Origin: Eledone cirrhosa
Taxonomy: Eukaryota
Length of the DNA stretch: 64,000 nt
Direction: 5' to 3'
NCBI GenBank assembly: GCA_964016885.1
Contig: OZ024741.1
Coordinates: 175,212,001 to 175,276,000 of the forward strand
The notes beneath the pieces are model-generated. The model was not told the DNA's origin. It did not search any database and worked only from the letters and a program-made list of their open reading frames with translations. This document shows, piece by piece, positions 54,371 through 64,000 of the stretch. Position numbers and translations under genes: made by a program. How positions within the stretch are numbered: the stretch's first letter is position 1; every line of letters begins with the position of its first letter.

Positions 54371-54879
54371 GTAAACCTTGAATGTTCGGGACTACATTGA
54401 AAAAAAAAAAATAATAAAGACTCTTTGTCATCATAGTTTCTTAAATATTATTTTGGAAAAGATGTCTTGATAAATCGAAACTTTCATTATCATTGAAACT
54501 TCCTTTTAAATCACTTTGAACTCCGTAAAAATATGTAAATTATGTAGGCGGCACACAGACGCCGAAATATTACCTCTATTAAATTTGAGTCTGATCAAAG
54601 AGAATAAATGTGTGTTTTGTATACATTTTTATATTTGATACAGTCTTGATATGTTTTTAATTGATTCTGTAAATTACATTTCAATTGGATGTATGGTTCA
54701 GCTACAAAATCCGTGTAATTCAGACTTTTTGTCAATCATGCCAAAATCTTTGAATTCTTAAAAATGTCCCGCATTTCTAGTATTTGTTTTTTTGTATACT
54801 GTCTATTCTTTTTATTATTATATTTATTTATGAAATATAGCAGAATTTTATATATTTGCTAGGTTACATATGGCCGAAC

Positions 54880-55116
54880 ATCCACTAACCCTCTCAATTT
54901 GAATTTGGCTGCTATTTCTAGCACGAGTAAAGACCACTTCGATGTCCACATGTAACCTTTCACCCTGAATATAGCTGCTATTTCTGACACGTTTACAGAC
55001 AACTTCTATGTCTCATTTTTTTTTTACCTTTCACTTCAAATTTTGCTATTTCTAGCACGTGTAAAGTCCATTTCGATGGCCACTTTTACCCTTCACCCTT
55101 AATTTGGCTGCTATTT
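54880..55116. repeat. Degenerate minisatellite (~65-70 bp unit, GCTGCTATTTCTAGCACG)
   Basis: Four related units. The same motif occurs dispersed in the opposite orientation at ~4505 and ~9315. Confidence 0.6.
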
Positions 55117-55672
55117 GCAAAAAACAAAACAACAAAAAACACAACAACAACAACACTTATTTACAACCAAAAAACTCACCAGGGTAGTAGCCATAAATAT
55201 AGAAACTGGTGCAATGGGGCTTACACTTGCTATGAACATGGCCAAAACTATTATTTATGTGACTTTTGTGAATAAAATGAACATTTTCACTTCACATTTC
55301 TCACTTGAAAATTGTTTTGAATTGTAATCACATATATCACTCCATTAGTCCTGTGTATAATTAAATATACTTTTTTGTCATAATTTCTGTGAAATTTATA
55401 CTTCAATTAAAATATCAATAAAATGTCTTACACATATACCTTTTACTCTGTAAGGTATAGTTATATTTAGTATTCAAAGTAGCCCCGCGTTGGGGCTACT
55501 TTGAAGACCAAACATAACTGTCAATGACTATATAACGAATTAAGATGTATTTACAACATTTGAATTATCTTTGAATTATCTCTATATTAGCAACATCCGT
55601 CAACAAAAATTGAGCTATGAGGCATAAATATACAAAATTGACGAAAATCATTCAAAGTAAACCCGGTTTACG

Positions 55673-55719
<47 letters not shown>

Positions 55720-56088
55720 CATACACACATACATATAACATGCATATACATACTTCAGCCTGTATATCACATGTATACAGAAATAGTGACGTTCGTAAAC
55801 TACCAAAAGGGCTTTGTTTCGGTTATCATTATGATCGATGAACTAAATAATTATAAAACTTCTCCGGGGAAAAATTGGAGAAAGAACTAGATACACAGTT
55901 AATTCTAATTATACGTAAAGTTGAACATTTTTTTATATGTAGCAGCCGAGTATTTCCGATGAGAGGCGGAATCTTCCGAAATCTGTATAACGCTCGCTCT
56001 AAGCATAAAATCTAATAAAGCAATAAAAAAAAAACTAGGCGCCAAAAGTAAAGAAAGTAAAGAAAGTAAAGTTGGTCATGATTATTGA

Positions 56089-56165
<77 letters not shown>

Positions 56166-56724
56166 GCGCGCGCGCACACATACACACAAACACACATACA
56201 CTCTGTCTCTCATATACATACTTTGAATAATTTTTTCGTTTGAATTGCAAAAAACAAAACAAAACAAAAACAAAACCCAAAAAACAAAACTAAAAACAAA
56301 ACATTCTACTATTCTACAGACTAATTGACTTAGTAACGATCTCAGTGAATAAAAATTTCTAGAGAATGGTTATACGAAGTATTCCGGCGCTAACATTGAT
56401 TGAACAGTCAAAATAGCCAACGGCTCTCATATCTAAGATATATCTCTCCCCCACAGAGTAAGGTTCACAATCTACTAACAGAGCTCTGTTTCTTTCGGCA
56501 TCCTGAACGAATATTACAATGACCTCCCTCACCCGAACAAAAAAAAAGCTTCCAAAGAATTAGATACACTACCGTTAATTATGTAGTCGTAGATTTTAGA
56601 AAACTGAACATTTACTGTATACTGTGGAAACTTGGAAACTTCCAGAATTTGTATTTCTTGCTCTAAGTGTAAATATAATTACATGAAAAAACAAATTAAA
56701 CATCTCTGCGCCAAAATTAATGGC

Positions 56725-57150
56725 TTCTCATTGTGGCACAAAGCCAGTAATTTGGATGGGGAGGAGGAGGTGATTGATTTTATCGACCCCAGTATTTGAC
56801 TTGCACTTTATTTTGTTGACCCCGGTGGCATTTGAGTTTAGAAAATAAAGAGTCGGGACAAATTACGCAAAGCATTTGTCCTACGCTCTAACAATTCTGC
56901 CAACTCAACACCCTCACTCTTCGCCAAAATTAATGGTTTCTTATATAGGCACAAGGCCAGCAATTTGGGAGGCGGGGAAAGTCGATTAAATCGACCCCAG
57001 TGCGTGACTGGTACTTTATTTTACCGACCCCGTAAAGATGAAAGGCAAAGTTAACCTCGGCGAGATTTGAAATCAGATCGTATAGGGCCATACCTCTATG
57101 CTGCAAAGCATGGCGTCCGACCCTCTACCGATACAGCCAATCCACCGCCT
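56725..57150 (-). mobile_element. Two tandem long-form SINEs
   Basis: Reverse-complement SINE motifs, each with a shared CTCT..GCCAAAATTAATG spacer. Confidence 0.85.
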
Positions 57151-57571
57151 TACTCTGCTCCAAAATTAATGAACATATTTTTTATTCTATTTACGGTTGT
57201 CACCTTTAGGTATATAACGATGTGCAAATTTTACTACTTTTACAGACTGTATATACGAATTATATCACTCCTAACAGCAATTAGACTTTCAAAATATGCT
57301 TCAGTTTATATCAAACATAAATATTCGCTGAGGCGTTCACTTCGCAACCATGAAATCTTGAGTTCGATTTTACTCCATGGCATCGTGGGTTAATGCCTGT
57401 ACCTTAGCCTTGGGTTGAGCCAGTTAACTGAATAGACTATATATATATATATAGTGTTTTTCATAGCTATGGCTTTCTAAATGTTTATTTATAAACATAC
57501 CGTATTTCTTTAGAAATACGAAATTCAAATACATATTTCTATACAGCTATGTTCGAAGTTAATTCTAATTC

Positions 57572-57640
<69 letters not shown>

Positions 57641-57643
<3 letters not shown>

Positions 57644-57848
57644 AAAGAAAGTGTGGTAAGGAACCAGGTGGACCATAACGCACCAGAGTACTCGATACTT
57701 CGGGTAGTAGAGAGGGTAATAGGAAAATAGTAAAAGGAAAAGAGTCAGGACCCCGACGGCTGATCTCCGGCCGTTTCGACAGTTAGAGTTCGGATCTAGG
57801 TGTCGAAACGGCCGGAGTTCACCCGTCGGAGTCCTGATTCTTTTGCTA
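57641..57848. mobile_element. Fold-back family B-related pLTR fragment
   Basis: GTGGTAAGGAACC...CCGTTTCGAC / GTCGAAACGGCC...GTCGGAGTCC. Confidence 0.68.
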
Positions 57849-57861
57849 TATATATATATAT

Positions 57862-58290
57862 ATATAAGATCAAAAGATGGTTAAAAGAGTTCCAAGTATT
57901 TTATTATGCGCATTTCAAAAACAAATATCATCATGCAATAATATTTGTGTTTTCATCAGATAAAACAGGAAGACATGATATGAAGATTAAAAAACACTTG
58001 TGGATAGTGCAGTTTTAAATCAACACATGATATGTTGATTTAAAACTGCACTATCCACAAGTGTTTTTTAACCTTCATATCATGTCTTCCTATTTTATCT
58101 GATGAAAACACAAATATTATTGCATGATGATATTTGTTTTTGAAATGCGCATAATAAAATACTTGGAACTCTTTTAACCATCTTTTGATCTTATATATTA
58201 TGTATACTCCAGTCCTACAAACTGTAGAATGCTTCTTATCCGATATCTCCATTGCTTTATTGTACTACAAACAAACTCACCTCCTACATA
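57862..58290. mobile_element. Fold-back family D pLTR with two HHRs (57899-57965 minus, 58093-58159 plus)
   Basis: Near-perfect palindrome with ~165-bp arms centred near 58029. Canonical CTGATGA/GAAA in each arm. Confidence 0.83.
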
Positions 58291-58329
58291 TATATATATA
58301 TATATATATATATAGCAAAAGAGTCAGTA

Positions 58330-58361
<32 letters not shown>

Positions 58362-58365
<4 letters not shown>

Positions 58366-58555
58366 AACAAGTAAGACCCCGACGGCTGATCTCAAGCCGT
58401 TTCGACGGCTAATTCTGTACAGAATTAGCCGTCGAAACGGCTTGAGCTCAGCCGTCGGGGTCTTACTTGTTCCTATTACCCACTCTACTACCCTAAGTAT
58501 TGAGTACTTTGGTGCGTTATGGTCCACTTGGTTCCTTACCACATTTCCTTCGTTA
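58362..58555. mobile_element. Fold-back family B pLTR fragment
   Basis: Palindrome centred on GTAC at 58417-58420. Confidence 0.72.
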
Positions 58556-58571
58556 TATATATATATATATA

Positions 58572-58993
58572 TATTTCGTTTCTGAATTTGTTTAGCAAGA
58601 TTCTTTATCTGAAAACGTGTGTTGAAACCGATATTGTTATGCTTTGGGAGGGTCATGTTGCCAATAAGAAACACACGCACCAGTTGCTTTCACTTCAATT
58701 TATTATAAATTAAATTTAGGAATTTATAAATTTCCGGTTGGTTGGTTGGTTGGTTCCACAACCAGACGATTGTTCATATATTGTCAAAGTTCTTTCGTCA
58801 CACATTCTGTGACCTCTTCAGTGACCTCTTCAGTGACTGGGGATTATTTTCTTTGATTTTGTGCCTCTCCTTTGTTCTCTTCTACGCCATCTTGTTTTTG
58901 AAAACAAGATGGCGTAGGACAGAACAAAGGAGAGGCAAGTGAAAGTAACTGGTGCGTGTGTTTCTAATTGGCAACATGACCCTCCCAAAGCAT

Positions 58994-59000
<7 letters not shown>
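58572..59000. mobile_element. Fold-back pLTR of a family F relative (F2)
   Basis: Carries ORF start [22 protein letters not shown], homologous to MSLPKYNNICFDTRFHIKNLAK at 26964. Junction near 58898. Confidence 0.78.
58783..58825 (-). ncRNA. Minimal hammerhead ribozyme (family F2)
   Basis: Reverse complement GTCA-CTGAAGA-gGTCACAgaatgTGTGAC-GAAA-GaaC-TT-TGAC. Confidence 0.8.
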
Positions 59001-59071
<71 letters not shown>

Positions 59072-59499
59072 TACGAATCCGAATTTTCGACTTTTGAAGC
59101 GTGGAGAATATATGTATATATATATATATATAAGTATAAATAAAGTGGTCAAGCGCAGAAATGCTATAAAGTTATGATGAATTGAACCTTATATCTTCTA
59201 TATCTGGAAGATTTGGGGGTTCAATTCCTCATAAGGAATGGTCAATCAACCCACTATGTGGGAAATTTAAATATATATATATATACTAACATCCTGATTT
59301 ATCCTTGCATTACCAATAGTTTCACAAACATAAATACGTTTAAATCGTTAGATTCAGTAGATAATATTAAAATATAAAAAGCCATACTTTTGGTTGTAAT
59401 ACGAAAATATAGAAAATTGAATATAGAAAAAGTATCCATGCTTTACATTTCAAAATGTTATTCATACCCTAATTATAGGATGGTGAGTATTTATATATA

Positions 59500-62400
59500 A
59501 AACTGCTACAACTCCGGGAAACTAAACCAGAACAACCTGCCACCCTCTACACACCATCATAAACTGCGAGCAGGGTACAAATTGTTGTCCTTAAATGCTC
59601 GCAGTTTATGCAACAAGATACATCTGTTCGAATCCTACGTCAGAAGCATCGACCTTGACTTCATCACAGTCACGGAAACATGGGCACATTCCTTACTCTG
59701 TGATGGGGTTTTCAGCATTACTGGGTACAACCTTTTCCGCAAGGACCGCATTAACCGCCGTGGTGGTGGTGTGATGGTCTACGTTCGTTCAAACTTTTCG
59801 GTAATTCCTTGCGTTGATTTGAACGAATCACAGGAAGAAGTTTTTTTCTGTGACATACGTATGACCATGTCAACACTTCTGCTTGGTGTTGTTTATCGCC
59901 CCCCAAACTACCATCAGGACACACAGCTTTGCGATATCCTCAGAGTTGCTGCCAAGAAAACAGCCACTTATGTGTTTATTGCAGGTGACTTCAATCATCC
60001 TGAGATCGATTGGGAAACCTTTCGTTGGCCACAAGGTGCAAACGATTTCCTTGAACTAGTGCTGGACTCAAACTGGTCACAAGTAGTCACCTCTCCAACA
60101 AGAGGTGACAACACTTTGGACCTGATCTTCACCACTACTCCTGAAGTGGTTATCAGTTGTACTACTGAGGAACCTCTAGGCGACTCTGATCATGCTATGA
60201 TCATTGCCAATCTGGCACTTGAGGGCAGCAACAAAAACCAGAGCCATCTCCAATCTGCTTGCTTTGATTGGAAGAGGGCGGATTGGAACTTGTACTGCAC
60301 TGAGCTACAGCGCCCAAACTGGCATGAGTTCTATAACTCTGGAGGTGTGAACTCTATACTCCAGAGCATCCTGGACTCAATATGGATAGCGTGTGCAGCA
60401 TCAGTGCCACGGAAGCGGAAAAATAACCACCCCAAAAGTGCAATCTGGGAAACTTCAGCGGTCCGACTTGCCAGGAAAGAACGTCGGAACGCTGAACGGG
60501 AATATAAACTGCATAAATCAGATGCCAACAGAAAAAAGCGGAATAAATCTTCTAACCATCTCAAGCAAGTGACAAAGAAGGCAGTGCTTGAATTTGAACA
60601 GTGCATCGCAACCAATCCTGACAGTAAGGCGTTCTGGAAATATGTTCATTCAAAGCAGAGACCTCACTCTCCAGTTGGTCCTCTTCGCAATCCCCACACA
60701 AGCCAGATCACTGACGATCCCAAGGAATGCGCAGAACTCATTGCTGAGTGCTATGCAAGTATTTTTACTGTTGAAAACCAGAATGTACCATCTCCTCATC
60801 TCTAACATCAAATTCCATAACAACTATGGAATTTACACCTGCAATGTTGCGACATCACCTTAAGAATAAGCGCAACTATGCCTCCCCTGGTCTTGTTGGT
60901 GTGACATACCTGCTTCTCAAACGTGGCGGGTATTTCCTTTTGCGCCAGCTTTCTTTTTTCTTTCAATACTGTCTCAACAATGGTGCTACTCCGGAGCAGT
61001 GGAAAACTGCCAGTGTCATTCCCCTGTTCAAAAAGGGCAACCGCATGTCACCTGTCAACTATCGTCCAGTCAGTCTTACTAGCTGTATGGCCAAACTGAT
61101 GGAATCCTGTGTCAGAGAAACACTTTGGAACTTCTGGAGCTCTCACAGCCTCATCCGGCCCTCACAGTTTGGATTTATCCCTAACTCCAGCTGCTGTGAT
61201 CAGCTTATCGAGTTCCTTGAGGACATCACCCGGATCACTGACAGCGGTTCATGGGTGGATGTTGTTTACCTTGACTTTGCTAAGGCTTTTAATTCTGTGC
61301 CACACAAAAGACTTATGGCAAAACTCTCTGCAATGGGTGTGAGGGATGATCTTTTCGACTGGTTGAAATCCTTCATTCTCAGCCGAAAAGAAGTAGTCAC
61401 GGTTCTAGGACAGCATTCTTCACCATATGAGATGTCATCTGGTGTACCACAGGGATCTGTTCTTGGTCCTCTTTTGTTTGTGGCATATATTAATGACATA
61501 GATGCCAACTTACAGAATGCCACGGTACTAAAATATGCAGATGACATCAAGCTGTACCTTGAAATCAAAAGGACTGATCCTGAAATTTACAACTCTTTCC
61601 TACAATCAGACCTGGACACAATGCAGCAATGGATCACAGACTGGCAACTGAAGCTGGCTGTGGACAAGTGTACCACCATGCATTTTGGAAGGAAAAATCC
61701 ACCGCCCACATACTCCCTCCACAACACTGATATCAAAAAGTCCTCTTGTGAACGTGACCTGGGCATTACTGTCAGCAACGATTTGCGTTGGAGAAAGCAT
61801 GTCTCTAAGATTGTCAAGAAGGCCGAGGGTGTCTTGGCATCACTCAGCAAGACCTTTGTTAGCCGCTCTCCAGCCATCTATTTAAAACTGTATACAGCTA
61901 TGGTGCGACCACACTTGGAATTCGCATCATCAGTCTGGAACCCCTATCTTGCTCAGAACATTGACCTCCTGGAAACTGTTCAGAGACGTGCAACCAAGCG
62001 CATACCCTCCATCAGACACCTACCATACTCTGAACGCCTTGCTTCCCTGGGCATGGATTCATTGAAGCTCCGACGTCTGGCAATGGACTTGGTGAATACC
62101 CACAAAGTTTTTAACCATCTCGTCAATTGCAACCCTGAGCGCCTCTTTGATCTCCATGTGTCTAACACACGTGGACATGCCTACAAGATCAGAAAACAGC
62201 ACAGCTCCCATGACTTTCGTAGACATTTTTTCACGCTCAGAGTTGCTGAAGCATGGAACAAACTGCCTGCGTCAATTGTTAGCTGCCGAGACACTGCATC
62301 CTTTAAGACACTCATGCTTCCCGAAATACGCCAAAACTACACCTGATGTACCCCTTCCATACACATGCACACATGTGTGTATCATGACTCGTGCACTGTT

Positions 62401-62635
62401 CATTTTACTGATGTTTGTGCATTGCCCTATGTACTGTACATGCACTTTTTTGATGAGTTGTGGTGCACCTGGGCACTGTACACAATATTTCATTATTGTT
62501 ATTATTATTATATCATGACTCATACACTGTTCATTTTCCTGACATTTGTACATTATTCTATGTACTATACATGCACCTTTGATGAGTTGTAGTGCACCCG
62601 AGCACTGTACACAATAATTTCAGTGTTATTGTTAT
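59500..62635 (+). mobile_element. CR1-like LINE, near-complete ORF2 (APE endonuclease + RT) with one frameshift, plus 3' UTR
   Basis: 59582-60805: LNARSL, TETW, YRPP, GDFN, LDL, SDH. 60826-62346: NYRPVSLTS, DFAKAF, SGVPQGSVLGP, YADD. Confidence 0.93.
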
Positions 62636-62689
62636 ATAGTTTTCTGGGTGTTCGTTTTGTAGTTTCCCGATAAACTATGAACACAATTA

Positions 62690-63930
<1,241 letters not shown>

Positions 63931-64000
63931 ATACATAATTACACATATTATATGCAACCACGTACAGACTCACATATATACACGCAATCGTATATATATG

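Noticed and set aside
54368-54785. Possible Tigger/pogo-like MITE starting TACCGTAAA
   Set aside because: The right-hand inverted repeat is too degenerate to support a call.

Overview
AT-rich eukaryotic intergenic or intronic DNA with no recognisable host-gene exon. The SINE type and the dense (TA)n/(CA)n microsatellites suggest an octopod cephalopod, which is an inference. The window is almost entirely mobile DNA: about 20 tRNA-derived SINE copies, RTE and CR1-like LINE pieces, an R4/Dong-like RLE retrotransposon interrupted by a hAT fragment, a non-autonomous Helitron, and a dense population of Penelope-like elements (PLEs, RT + GIY-YIG). The PLEs appear to span four lineages. The main hidden signal is RNA structural. 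About ten distinct pseudo-LTR (pLTR) families carry type I hammerhead ribozymes (HHRs) that I folded by eye, about 20 copies on both strands. They include core variants (U3:A8 covariant, U4A, U4C with an 81-nt stem II) and a 319-nt retrozyme-like tandem unit. These elements sit almost exclusively inside (TA)n tracts as fold-back (inverted) insertions whose junctions repeatedly fall inside the ribozyme. Most short ORFs in the supplied track are microsatellite artefacts. Folds, family assignments and boundaries were read manually and are approximate.
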